Of a stretch of 37,978 bases of DNA, positions 9,666-19,168 are shown in pieces; position 1 is the stretch's first letter, and the number at the start of each line of letters is the position of its first letter. The notes below the pieces were generated by a model that was not told the origin of the DNA, did no database searches, and saw nothing but the letters and a program-made list of their open reading frames with translations. This stretch comes from an uncultured Dehalococcoidia bacterium (GTDB lineage: Bacteria > Chloroflexota > Dehalococcoidia > Lucifugimonadales > UBA3495), in contig CATMOE010000035.1 of NCBI GenBank assembly GCA_950072105.1, positions 1 to 37,978 of the forward strand. The letters are read 5' to 3'. The translations under genes and the position numbers were made by a program.

Positions 9666-10922
9666 TTGGTTGATAACACCCTCTCCCCACACGGTGGGGT
9701 CCTGGTCGAGCGGGTTGCTTCTCCTGATGAAGCGGCGCGGATGATTCATGGTCTTAAACGGTTGCCTGTCAGAGAGCAGATCGCCAGAGAGTGCGTGAAT
9801 ATCGCGTATGGGTTCTTCTCTCCCCTGGTAGGGTTCATGGGGCAGGCTGACGTGGACTCGGTGGTCCGGGACATGACCTTGACCAGCGGTTACGTGTGGA
9901 GCATTCCGATCGTCTTGGATGTTTCTCAGGAGCAACTGACTGCTCTTGGTGTTGAGGTTGGGGACACGGTTTTGCTCACCCACCAGGAACAACCATTGGC
10001 GGTGCTCCAGGTGGAAGAGATCTTCTCTTACGACAAAGAATTTATGGCCGGTCAGGTCTACGGTACCACCGACCTGGCCCACCCGGGAGTTCTGCGGACC
10101 CATGCGCTGGAGGACAGCTTTATAGGCGGGCCGGTGACGTTGGTCAATCCGCCGGTGATAAATCCTCCTTTCGACGAGTTCTGGAAAACTCCACGCCAGC
10201 TCCGGGAGCTCTTCGCCCAGCGGGGATGGACTAGGGTGGTAGCTCACCAGACCCGCAACGTCCCCCATTCCGGACACGAGTGGCTGATGAAGGGCGCTTA
10301 CCTGGCGGCTGAGGCAGATGGGATACTGGTCAGCGCCGTCGTGGGGGAGAAGAAGCTGGGCGACTACATCGACGAGGCGATAGTACTGGGCCACAACCGG
10401 TTGCGGGACGGCGGGTTTTTCCGCGAGGACGTCCACCAGACTTCCACCTTGCTGTGGGATATGCGCTACGCCGGTCCGCGGGAGGCGGTGTTCCACGCTT
10501 TGGTGCGCAAGAACCTGGGCTGCACCCATCACATGTTTGGGCGGGACCATGCCGGCGTCGGTGATTACTACGACACCTACGCCGCCCACAACATATTCAG
10601 CGAGCTTCCCGATCTGGGGATCAAGTCCGTTTTGACTTTAGAATGGTGGTACTGTCCAGTGTGCGCCGGAGTCGCTTATGAGGGGCTTTGCGGTCACCGG
10701 GACCAGAAGCAGGATCTTTCCGGGACTTTCATCCGCAACATCATTCAAGGAGGGACGAAGCCCGAACCGTTGACGCTAAGAGCGGAGGTATTGGAGATAA
10801 CCGGCCAGTGCGCGGAGAAGTACGGGTTCGGTTCACCATTTGTCACGGAAGCCTACCAGGAAAACCGTACTCCGGTCATGTCCCTGGCCGCCATGGACTG
10901 TACTTGTCGCTGTGAAACTTAA
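9666..10922 (+). CDS. sat: Sulfate adenylyltransferase
   Basis: PHGG, QTRNVPHSGHE, RYAGPREAVFHA, GRDHAGVG, Zn site CPVC..CGH. Confidence 0.95.
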   Translation: MVDNTLSPHGGVLVERVASPDEAARMIHGLKRLPVREQIARECVNIAYGFFSPLVGFMGQADVDSVVRDMTLTSGYVWSIPIVLDVSQEQLTALGVEVGDTVLLTHQEQPLAVLQVEEIFSYDKEFMAGQVYGTTDLAHPGVLRTHALEDSFIGGPVTLVNPPVINPPFDEFWKTPRQLRELFAQRGWTRVVAHQTRNVPHSGHEWLMKGAYLAAEADGILVSAVVGEKKLGDYIDEAIVLGHNRLRDGGFFREDVHQTSTLLWDMRYAGPREAVFHALVRKNLGCTHHMFGRDHAGVGDYYDTYAAHNIFSELPDLGIKSVLTLEWWYCPVCAGVAYEGLCGHRDQKQDLSGTFIRNIIQGGTKPEPLTLRAEVLEITGQCAEKYGFGSPFVTEAYQENRTPVMSLAAMDCTCRCET

Positions 10923-10938
10923 GATTTAATGTTTAATG

Positions 10939-10972
10939 GCCCCCGTGCAAACAAAGCGGGGGCTTTTTATTT
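10939..10972 (+). terminator. Intrinsic terminator between sat and aprB
   Basis: GCCCCCG..CGGGGGC followed by TTTTTATTT. Confidence 0.65.
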
Positions 10973-11040
10973 AGGTTGGGCCGTGGCCCGCCGAGCAATA
11001 AAAGATAAGCCATCAAATAACACCAAGTATTGGAGGGAAA

Positions 11041-11496
11041 ATGCCAACGTTTGTTGAACCCAATGCCTGCAACGCCTGTGCGGGCGAGCACCTGGGACCG
11101 CTGTGCGTGTATATCTGTCCCAACGACCTGATGGTGCTGGACCCCGGAATGAACAAGGGCGCCAACCAAGAGCCGGAGATGTGCTCCGAATGTTACGCCT
11201 GCGTCAAACTTTGTCCCACAGAAGCGATCCATATTCGAGGCTACGCCGACTTCGTTCCGTTAGGGGCTTCGGTCCAACCGAAGCGAGTGGACGGCGGCTT
11301 CACTTGGACGGTGAAATTCAGGGATGGAAGGGAACTTCAGTTCACCTACCCGTCCAGAACCACCCCGGTGGGATCATCCGACCCCTATAAGGATTTCACG
11401 GAGGACCGTGTTAACGACCTGGGAGGCCAGGGGCTTGCGGGAGAATCTAAATGGCTTGGCGTGGATAGATTGCCCACCTTACAAGCCGGTAATTAG
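11041..11496 (+). CDS. aprB: Adenylylsulfate reductase beta subunit
   Basis: MPTFV, two 4Fe-4S motifs, RGYADFVPLG, WTVKFRDG, RTTP.GS. Confidence 0.95.
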   Translation: MPTFVEPNACNACAGEHLGPLCVYICPNDLMVLDPGMNKGANQEPEMCSECYACVKLCPTEAIHIRGYADFVPLGASVQPKRVDGGFTWTVKFRDGRELQFTYPSRTTPVGSSDPYKDFTEDRVNDLGGQGLAGESKWLGVDRLPTLQAGN

Positions 11497-11509
11497 AAGG
11501 AGATTTTCG

Positions 11510-13369
11510 ATGGCTTTACCTGCGGTTGAGACAGTTGAATGCGACATACTAGTCATAGGCGGCGGTATGTCCGGATGCGGAGCGGCATTCGAGTCAAAGT
11601 ATTGGGGCGAAGACCTCAAAGTTGTGATTGTTGAAAAAGCGGTGATAGAGCGTAGTGGGGCGACCGGAGAAGGACTCTCCGCCATCAACTGCTACATGGG
11701 GCAACGGTATGGGTGGAACACGCCGGAAGACTTCGTCAAGTATGTAGTCAATGACATGATGGGCCTGGCACGAGAGGACCTGGTTTACGATGTCGGCCGG
11801 CATGTTGACTCGTCGGTTCACCTTCTGGAAGAGTGGGGCCTGCCCGTTTGGAAAAAGGACAACGGAGAATACGAGCGGATTGGGCGTTGGCAGATTCCTA
11901 TACACGGTGAGTCGATCAAGCCGGTCACCGCCGAACCCGCTCGGAAGGCAGTGGGTCCGGAGAATATTTACGAGAGGATATCGATCACGCATCTCTTGAC
12001 GGACGCTAACGATTCTGGCCGCATTGCCGGCGCCATCGGGTTCGGTGTCCGAGAGAACAAGATCTGGGTGTTCAAAGCCAAGGCAGTTATCGTCACTTGT
12101 GGCGGCGCCTCCAACGTGTTCCGGCCCAGGTCGGTGAACGAAGGTATAGGACGTACTTGGTACTCGGTGTTCGCTACCGGTTCCGCCTACGGACTGATGA
12201 TTCCCATCGGCACTGAGATGACTCAGATGGAGCACCGGTTCGTGCCCACCCGATTCAAGGACGGCTATGGCCCAGTCGGCATGTGGTTCCAGTATTTCCA
12301 CGCCCATATTGAGAACTCTCTGGGTGAAGACTACACGGTGACCCGCGACAGCGAGCTGAGAAAATACGAACCTTATGGTTCAGCCATACCCACCCCCACC
12401 CCCCTCCGTAACCATCAGATGTTCCTGGACATCAAGGAAGGGAAGGGTCCGATGTACATGCGGACCGATTTGGCCATGCAGGAAATCGCCGGTGGAGACC
12501 CGGCGAAGATGGATAAGGTCAGAGAAGAAGCTTGGGAAGATTTCTTGGACATGACGATCGCCCAAGCGCTGACGTGGGCCTCACAGAATATCGCCCCTGA
12601 AGATACCCCGTCGGAAGTTGTTTTAGCTGAGCCTTACATAATGGGGTCTCACTCCGGAGAAGCCGGGGCTTGGGTAAGCGGACCGGAAGACTTGGCTCCC
12701 CCGGAATACTACTGGGGATATAACAAGATGACGACGATCAATGGTTTGTTTGCCGCCGGAGATGGGGTTGGAGCAGCCCCGCACAAATTCTCATCGGGTT
12801 CTTTTACCGAAGGCAGATTAGCCGCTAAGTCAGCGGTCAGGTTCGTTAGAGATAACCCTGGAGCGGTTACGGTCAGCGGCGACCAGATCAGACAACTGTC
12901 CGAAGCCATCTGGGCACCTCTGGAGACCTTTGACAAACATAAAGGGGCCTCGACCGCTGAGGAGATCAACCCAAATTACATCACCCCTAAACAGGCTTTG
13001 GTCCGGTTGCAGAAAATAATGGATGAATATGGCGGCGGTACGTCTACTTGGTATACGGTCAACCAGGCTGGATTGGAGAGAGGTATCGTACTCATTGAGA
13101 TGCTGCGGGAAGACTTGGCCCACCAAGCAGCTCGTAGCCGTCATGAATTGTTGCGTTCGTGGGAAGTGGTTCATCGGACGTGGACCGGGGAAGCTCATCT
13201 GCGCCATCTGCTTCATCGCAAGGAGACGAGGTGGCCGGGCTATTACTACCGGTCCGATTATCCGGACCTGGACGATCAGAACTGGAGAGTCTTCGTAAAC
13301 TCCCGCTACGATGCGGCCAGCGATAAATGGAGCTTATCCACTAAACCTTACATTAATATATTCAAGTAG
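11510..13369 (+). CDS. aprA: Adenylylsulfate reductase alpha subunit
   Basis: GGGMSGCG, GLSAIN, RFKDGYGPVG, EPYIMGSHSG, HKFSSGS, ETRWPGYYYR; ATG after SD AAGGAG. Confidence 0.96.
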   Translation: MALPAVETVECDILVIGGGMSGCGAAFESKYWGEDLKVVIVEKAVIERSGATGEGLSAINCYMGQRYGWNTPEDFVKYVVNDMMGLAREDLVYDVGRHVDSSVHLLEEWGLPVWKKDNGEYERIGRWQIPIHGESIKPVTAEPARKAVGPENIYERISITHLLTDANDSGRIAGAIGFGVRENKIWVFKAKAVIVTCGGASNVFRPRSVNEGIGRTWYSVFATGSAYGLMIPIGTEMTQMEHRFVPTRFKDGYGPVGMWFQYFHAHIENSLGEDYTVTRDSELRKYEPYGSAIPTPTPLRNHQMFLDIKEGKGPMYMRTDLAMQEIAGGDPAKMDKVREEAWEDFLDMTIAQALTWASQNIAPEDTPSEVVLAEPYIMGSHSGEAGAWVSGPEDLAPPEYYWGYNKMTTINGLFAAGDGVGAAPHKFSSGSFTEGRLAAKSAVRFVRDNPGAVTVSGDQIRQLSEAIWAPLETFDKHKGASTAEEINPNYITPKQALVRLQKIMDEYGGGTSTWYTVNQAGLERGIVLIEMLREDLAHQAARSRHELLRSWEVVHRTWTGEAHLRHLLHRKETRWPGYYYRSDYPDLDDQNWRVFVNSRYDAASDKWSLSTKPYINIFK

Positions 13370-13373
13370 GCCG

Positions 13374-13413
13374 GTTGCCGGTCCGGAGGAGTTGTTGACT
13401 CTGGACCGGCAAC
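13374..13413 (+). terminator. Long hairpin after aprA
   Basis: GTTGCCGGTCCGGAG..CTCTGGACCGGCAAC 15-bp stem with one G-U pair, no U tract. Confidence 0.5.
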
Positions 13414-13525
13414 GGTAAGCCCGGCGCCAGTTTGCTCAATTCTGGCGGTTCAGTTGAGGCATCGGTATCTGCCCTCCTCTTCGTTATAAACGCATCCACT
13501 CCCTAAATCGCCGATTGACCGTCGG

Positions 13526-13554
13526 TTGAGCGTCTTCGAACGGGGCGGTACAAT
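13526..13554 (+). promoter_or_regulatory. Putative promoter of mutase cluster
   Basis: TTGAGC-N17-TACAAT. Confidence 0.45.
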
Positions 13555-13617
13555 TGGGAGGTATGTCTCTATATCGGAGATTCGGCCCAACCTACCCAAC
13601 CAGGCCAGGAGGCGATC

Positions 13618-15279
13618 ATGCCCAGCGGCAGTAAAGAGGAGTGGACCAGGGAAACGCTGGGTCCCGCCATCGGACGGTACCCTGAACGTCAAGAAAAATT
13701 CGTTACCGATAGCGGGCTGGACATCCAGCCCTTGTACACCCCGGAAGACCTGGCGGGAAACGGACGGGAATACCATCGGGATGTGGGCTATCCTGGGGAA
13801 TATCCGTACACCCGCGGGGTACAGCCCAACTCCTATCGCGGCCGGATGTGGACGATGCGGCAGTACTCGGGCTACTCCACCGCAGAGGAGACAAACCGGA
13901 GGTTCCGTTACCTGTTGGAGCAGGGTCAGACCGGGCTTTCCGTGGCGTTTGACCTGCCCACCCAGATCGGCTACGACTCGGACCATCCTAGGGCCTTGGG
14001 CGAGACCGGCAAAGTGGGTGTTCCTATCTGCAGTCTAGAGGATATGGAAGTTCTGTTGCAGGGGATCCCTCTGGACCGGGTCAGCACTTCGATGACCATC
14101 AACGCCACCGCCTCCATCTTGCTGTGTCTGTACATCGCGGCAGCCAAAAAGCAGGGAGTCGGCCAAGATAAGATCAGCGGTACCATCCAGAACGACATAT
14201 TAAAGGAATACATCGCCCGGGGGACCTACGCCTATCCACCGCGCCCTTCGATGCGTTTGGTGGTGGACGTGTTCAAGTTTTGCTCCGAAAGCGTCCCTCG
14301 CTGGAACACCATCAGCGTCAGCGGATACCACATGCGAGAGGCCGGAGCCTCGGCAGTGCAGGAGTTGGCTTTCACCTTCGCCAACGCGATCGCTTACGTG
14401 GAGGCGGCGATCGGGGCCGGGCTTCCGGTGGACGATTTCGCTCCTCGGGTCTCCTTCTTTTTCGTCGCCCAGAACAACCTCTTCGAGGAAGTAGCCAAGT
14501 TCCGCGCCGCCCGGCGCATGTGGGCAAAGATCATGAAGGAACGTTTTGGGGCTCAGGACCCTAGGTCGATGATGCTGCGATTCCATACTCAGACGGCCGG
14601 GGTGTCCCTCACCGCCCAGCAACCGGACAACAACCTGATCCGGTGCACCGTTCAGGCCCTGGCGGCAGTGCTGGGAGGCTCCCAGTCCCTGCACGTCAAC
14701 TCTCGGGACGAAGCCCTGGCTCTGCCCACCGAGGAGTCGGCCCAGCTCTCCCTGCGTACCCAGCAGATATTGGCTTTCGAGAGCGGCGCCGCCGACGTGG
14801 TTGACCCGCTGGGCGGCTCATATTACGTGGAGAGTTTGACCGACCAATTGGAAGACGCCGCCTTCAAATATCTGGAGCGTATCGAAGAGATGGGTGGCAC
14901 GGTGGGTGCCATTGAGCAGGGATTCCAGATGCGGGAGATTGGGGAGTCGGCATATCAGCACCGCCGGGAAGTGGAGGCCGGGGACCGGACCATAGTGGGG
15001 GTTAACCAGTACGTCACCGACGAGCCGCCGTTCGAAGGACTGTTGCAGTTGGACCCGGAAGCGGCTCAACAACAGATACAGCGGGTGCAGCGGCTGCGTA
15101 AAGAGCGCGACGATTCCCAGGTTCAGGCAGCCCTCAAACGTCTAACCGTTGTCGCCCAGGGCTCAGATAATACGGTTCCGGCCATCTTGGAATGCGTGGA
15201 AAGCTACTGCACCCTGGGCGAGATCAGCCAGGTGTTCCGGGATGTTTTTGGCGAACAGGAACAGATGGCGAGTTTTTGA
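13618..15279 (+). CDS. Methylmalonyl-CoA mutase, large (substrate-binding) subunit
   Basis: WTMRQY (Tyr89-equivalent), [13 protein letters not shown] (Arg207-equivalent), SGYH, DEALALP: MCM-type rather than ICM-type specificity residues. Confidence 0.93.
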   Translation: MPSGSKEEWTRETLGPAIGRYPERQEKFVTDSGLDIQPLYTPEDLAGNGREYHRDVGYPGEYPYTRGVQPNSYRGRMWTMRQYSGYSTAEETNRRFRYLLEQGQTGLSVAFDLPTQIGYDSDHPRALGETGKVGVPICSLEDMEVLLQGIPLDRVSTSMTINATASILLCLYIAAAKKQGVGQDKISGTIQNDILKEYIARGTYAYPPRPSMRLVVDVFKFCSESVPRWNTISVSGYHMREAGASAVQELAFTFANAIAYVEAAIGAGLPVDDFAPRVSFFFVAQNNLFEEVAKFRAARRMWAKIMKERFGAQDPRSMMLRFHTQTAGVSLTAQQPDNNLIRCTVQALAAVLGGSQSLHVNSRDEALALPTEESAQLSLRTQQILAFESGAADVVDPLGGSYYVESLTDQLEDAAFKYLERIEEMGGTVGAIEQGFQMREIGESAYQHRREVEAGDRTIVGVNQYVTDEPPFEGLLQLDPEAAQQQIQRVQRLRKERDDSQVQAALKRLTVVAQGSDNTVPAILECVESYCTLGEISQVFRDVFGEQEQMASF

Positions 15280-15288
15280 CGGCCGACT

Positions 15289-15558
15289 TTGGTGACCTTT
15301 ACGAATCATGCCAGGGCTCAGATGGCGGCTCGGGAAATCTCAGAGGCAGAAGTTCTAGAGGTATTGAGTAACACTTAACAGACGATAACCATGGGTCGCA
15401 TTAGAAGAATCATCCAGAATAGATATTTCGATAGCAATCAGGCGAAAGAGATGATTATACGGATGGTTGTCGATTCGTCGGATGTTGGTCAGATGATTGT
15501 TAGTGTCTATCGGACATCAAGGATCAGCAAATACCGGTTAGGGGAGTCCTATTCGTGA
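15289..15558 (+). pseudogene. DUF4258-like (RelE/BrnT-like) toxin with internal TAA stop
   Basis: VTFTNHARAQMAAREISEAEVLEVLSNT*QTI..IVSVYRTSRISKY; TAA at 15376-15378; GTGA overlap with the next gene. Confidence 0.75.
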
Positions 15559-15779
15559 AAATCACGTATGACCAAGAAACCGATACTATAACCATAAGAT
15601 TTAAGGACGTTCTTGTCTCTGAAAGTGACGAACTTCAGGAAGGTATGGTTGCAGATTTTGACGGCGAGGGAAACATTGTTGGACTGGAAATATTCGAGGC
15701 ATCGAAGCGAGTGACGCAACCGCAAAATTTGATCTTCGAATCCAAAGGCCATCCGGTTTCCGGATCTGCCGCTGCTTGA
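15555..15779 (+). CDS. DUF2283 family protein (putative antitoxin)
   Basis: MKITYDQETDTITIRF..ESDE..GMVADFD.EG.IVGLEIF.AS pattern. Confidence 0.85.
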   Translation: MKITYDQETDTITIRFKDVLVSESDELQEGMVADFDGEGNIVGLEIFEASKRVTQPQNLIFESKGHPVSGSAAA

Positions 15780-15836
15780 ACCGACTGACCGCCCATAGAA
15801 GAATTTGATTGACCTAAGATACCCTAGGAGGGCCGG

Positions 15837-16994
15837 ATGCCAGACCTGATACTTTCTGAAGATGAACAGATGCTCCAAACCATGGTCCGGGACTTTGCCG
15901 ACCGGGAGTTGATCCCCAGAGCTCGCGAGGCCGATGAGCGGCAAGAGTTCTCCTGGGAGAACTGGAAAGGAATGGCCGATCTTGGCCTGACCGGCGTGGG
16001 TATCGACACGAAGTATGGCGGCAGCGGACAGGCGGGTTATCGAAAAGTAGCCATCGTCGCCGAAGAGGTTGCCCGGGGAGATGCCGGGGCCAGTGTCAGC
16101 GTGCTGGCCCACCTGTCGCTAGGCACCACCACTATATACCGGTTCGGTAATGAAGAGCAGAAAGCCCGGTTGGTGCCCTCGTTGGCTTCCGGTAAGGGCA
16201 TCGCCGCCTGGGCGTTGACCGAGCCCGGCAGCGGATCCGACGCGGCGGCGCTGCAGACCACGGCAACGGAGCGGGATGGGACCTACTTCTTGAACGGCAG
16301 CAAGATGTTTATCACCAATGCCTCGGTGGCTGAATCCATCGTGGTATTTGCCACGCAAGACAGGTCTCTTGGTTACAAAGGAATAAGCGCGTTTGTGGTT
16401 AACCGGGACTCCCCCGGCCTAACGATCAACCCTCTCCACGGCAAGATGGGGATGCGAAGCTCCACCACCGACGAGGTAGTTTTTCAAGATACACCGGTAC
16501 CATTGGAGAACCGGTTGGGCGAAGAAGGCCGGGGGTTCAACTATGCGATGGAGATACTAGACTCCAGCCGGATAATCATCGCTGCGCAGTGCGTGGGTAT
16601 CGGCCAATCGGCCCTGGAAGCCGCCGTGCGTTACGCTCAGCAAAGAGAGACGTTTGGCAAGCCAATCGCCCAGCACCAGGCGATTCAGTTCATGTTGGCG
16701 GATATGGCTACCGCGGTACATGGCGCGCGGGTGGCTACCATGAACGCGGCCACATTGAAGGATGAGGGGCTACCCTTTGTCAATGAAGCCTCCATGGCCA
16801 AGCTGATCGCTTCGGAGATGTGCGTCGACGTTTCATCCAAGGCGATGCAGGTTCATGGCGGTATAGGTTACTTCCAAGACGCCGGAGTCGAGCGCATCTT
16901 TCGGGATGCCCGGGTCACCACCATTTACGAAGGAACGTCTGAAGTACAAAGATTGATCATTGCCCGCCAGGTTCTCGCCCAGTACCAGTTGTGA
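15837..16994 (+). CDS. Acyl-CoA dehydrogenase (short/branched-chain type)
   Basis: ALTEPGSGSD, NGSKMFITN, KMGMR, R.TFGKPI, TIYEGTSEVQR with catalytic Glu. Confidence 0.95.
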   Translation: MPDLILSEDEQMLQTMVRDFADRELIPRAREADERQEFSWENWKGMADLGLTGVGIDTKYGGSGQAGYRKVAIVAEEVARGDAGASVSVLAHLSLGTTTIYRFGNEEQKARLVPSLASGKGIAAWALTEPGSGSDAAALQTTATERDGTYFLNGSKMFITNASVAESIVVFATQDRSLGYKGISAFVVNRDSPGLTINPLHGKMGMRSSTTDEVVFQDTPVPLENRLGEEGRGFNYAMEILDSSRIIIAAQCVGIGQSALEAAVRYAQQRETFGKPIAQHQAIQFMLADMATAVHGARVATMNAATLKDEGLPFVNEASMAKLIASEMCVDVSSKAMQVHGGIGYFQDAGVERIFRDARVTTIYEGTSEVQRLIIARQVLAQYQL

Positions 16995-17076
16995 TGACAT
17001 TTCCTCTCGGCGGGCATCCCTTAGGGCGGCGTGTTCGCCGATCGGCGAGTCATAGATCTGAGGAGGTGCTTTACCG

Positions 17077-17493
17077 GTGACCACAAAATCCGTTTGCAGC
17101 GTGAACCATATAGACCACGTGGGCGTGGCGGTTAAGGATATAGACGAAGCCCTGAAGTTCTTCCAAGAAGTGTTCGGCGCTCCGGCGGCGGAGATACAAT
17201 CCTTGCCAGACCAAGGGGTCCGGGCCACTCTGATCGAAGTGGGCCAGACCCGGCTGGAATTATTAGAGCCTTTGTCGGATGATAGTCCAGTCGGCCGATT
17301 TATCGAACGGCGCGGAGAAGGTTTGCACCACCTGGCCCTCAACGTCTCCGGCTTAGCGGGAAATCTGAAAAAACTGGAAGAACACGGAGTTGGATTGGTG
17401 GACCGGGAGCCCAGAGAAGGCTTGTCCGGTATGATAGCTTTCCTCCATCCACGATCGACGTTCGGTATTCTCACCGAGTTGGTGGAGAACTGA
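17077..17493 (+). CDS. mce: Methylmalonyl-CoA epimerase
   Basis: IDHVGVAV, QGV, LELLEP, GEGLHHLA, FLHP, LTELVE; mutase context. Confidence 0.92.
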   Translation: MTTKSVCSVNHIDHVGVAVKDIDEALKFFQEVFGAPAAEIQSLPDQGVRATLIEVGQTRLELLEPLSDDSPVGRFIERRGEGLHHLALNVSGLAGNLKKLEEHGVGLVDREPREGLSGMIAFLHPRSTFGILTELVEN

Positions 17494-17536
17494 ATTTCAG
17501 GGACGCCGATCCGAGAGGCATACGGGTTAAACAGTT

Positions 17537-17953
<417 letters not shown>

Positions 17954-18021
17954 AGCAACTCCTGCCGTTCAAAGGACAGGATCCGAGGCTTCAAAGTCGA
18001 GCGGCCTTTAGATCCTCCGCC

Positions 18022-18052
18022 TTGACATCTGTTCTGTTATGGCGAGTATAAT
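18022..18052 (+). promoter_or_regulatory. Sigma70 promoter of yceD-rpmF cluster
   Basis: TTGACA-N19-TATAAT. Confidence 0.6.
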
Positions 18053-18087
18053 TACGCCGGTTCTCAAATACAGGTTCTCTTACATTT

Positions 18088-18612
18088 ATGCAATATAATG
18101 TTGCAAAGTTGCTAATGGGTCCGACTGGGACGTCTAGCAGCTACAATATTGAAGAAATCTTTACAGAGGCATCACGAATCACGGACCAGGTTAACGGATC
18201 AGTACACATGGTCCGTACCCATCAAGGTGTCCTGGTCTACGCCGTATTAGACATTCAAACCACGCTTACGTGTGGGCGATGCCTCGGAGAATTTGTCTGG
18301 CCTTCTACCCTTGATATTGAAGAAGAATTTTTCCCGACGGTGGACCTTCATACCGGGGAGCAATCACCGCCAATAACCGATGATGAAGTAGACCAGAGAA
18401 TTGATACCGATCATGTGTTAGACTTGACCGAGATATTGAGGCAATATGCGATTGCCGACATGCCAATGAAGCCATTATGTACGGCGAATTGTGTTGGTCT
18501 TTGCCGGGTATGTGGGACCAACCTTAACCAGGGGGAATGTAATTGCAGCGGCACTGAGGTGGACCCACGGTGGGGAGCCTTGGCTGGTTTGCTGAAATCA
18601 CAGAAGGGGTAG
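18088..18612 (+). CDS. YceD/DUF177 family protein
   Basis: CGRCL, PMKPLC..C.GLC..CG.NLN..C.C, DPRW; upstream of rpmF. Confidence 0.93.
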   Translation: MQYNVAKLLMGPTGTSSSYNIEEIFTEASRITDQVNGSVHMVRTHQGVLVYAVLDIQTTLTCGRCLGEFVWPSTLDIEEEFFPTVDLHTGEQSPPITDDEVDQRIDTDHVLDLTEILRQYAIADMPMKPLCTANCVGLCRVCGTNLNQGECNCSGTEVDPRWGALAGLLKSQKG

Positions 18613-18822
18613 TGATGGGTGGTGGAAGAAGAGCGATTCTCTTTCTTCACGGTCGAGTTTGGACCGGCTGAGGCCTCCTCGAAGTCGACGTGAGGATAAT
18701 CTGATTCCTTAAAGCCGAGCCAAAAGGTCGGGCCGGTTCGGCGGTTTGGAGTCGAGCGACAAGTAGAAAAAGGATAGACCGGTCATCGGCGACCGAGTGA
18801 CCGGTTTCAGTGGTGATTAGCA

Positions 18823-19005
18823 ATGGGTGCAGTACCTAACAAGAAAGTGACCAGGGCGCAGCGGGGGAGGCGCTTCAGCTCATATAGGCTGAAGGCCGTA
18901 AATCACTCCTACTGTCCCCGATGCCGAAGTGCTAAAATGCCGCACACGGTTTGCCCGCAATGCGGCTTCTATCGTGGGCGGCAAGTGGTTGGAGCCGAAG
19001 GATAA
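18823..19005 (+). CDS. rpmF: 50S ribosomal protein L32
   Basis: MGAVPNKKVT..CPRC..PHTVCPQCGFYRGR. Confidence 0.95.
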   Translation: MGAVPNKKVTRAQRGRRFSSYRLKAVNHSYCPRCRSAKMPHTVCPQCGFYRGRQVVGAEG

Positions 19006-19168
19006 CCGGAGTAGGCCTAAGATGTGTGTGCACGATACACTGCAACGATGGTTTTACGGAATCCGGCTTCTGGAATGTTCTGGCCAACCCACTACCTTTA
19101 TCGGTCGCCCGTTTCTCATGCCCGGCGTCATTAAACTTGATTAAGACGTTGAAATTAGGGCTAGACGC

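Noticed and set aside
11324..11509. N-terminal extension of AprA overlapping aprB
   Set aside because: Homology and the SD point to ATG 11510; the extension is an ORF-calling artefact
9666..13369. Calling the organism a sulfate reducer
   Set aside because: No dsr or qmo genes in the window; direction cannot be read from sat-apr alone
15277..15378. TGA read-through or selenocysteine fusing the mutase to the in-frame toxin remnant
   Set aside because: The mutase is complete at the TGA, no SECIS-like hairpin is evident, and a shared frame has a 1 in 3 chance
15837..16994. ACAD as a 3-sulfinopropionyl-CoA desulfinase feeding Apr
   Set aside because: It retains the YEG catalytic glutamate of ordinary dehydrogenases, which the desulfinase lacks
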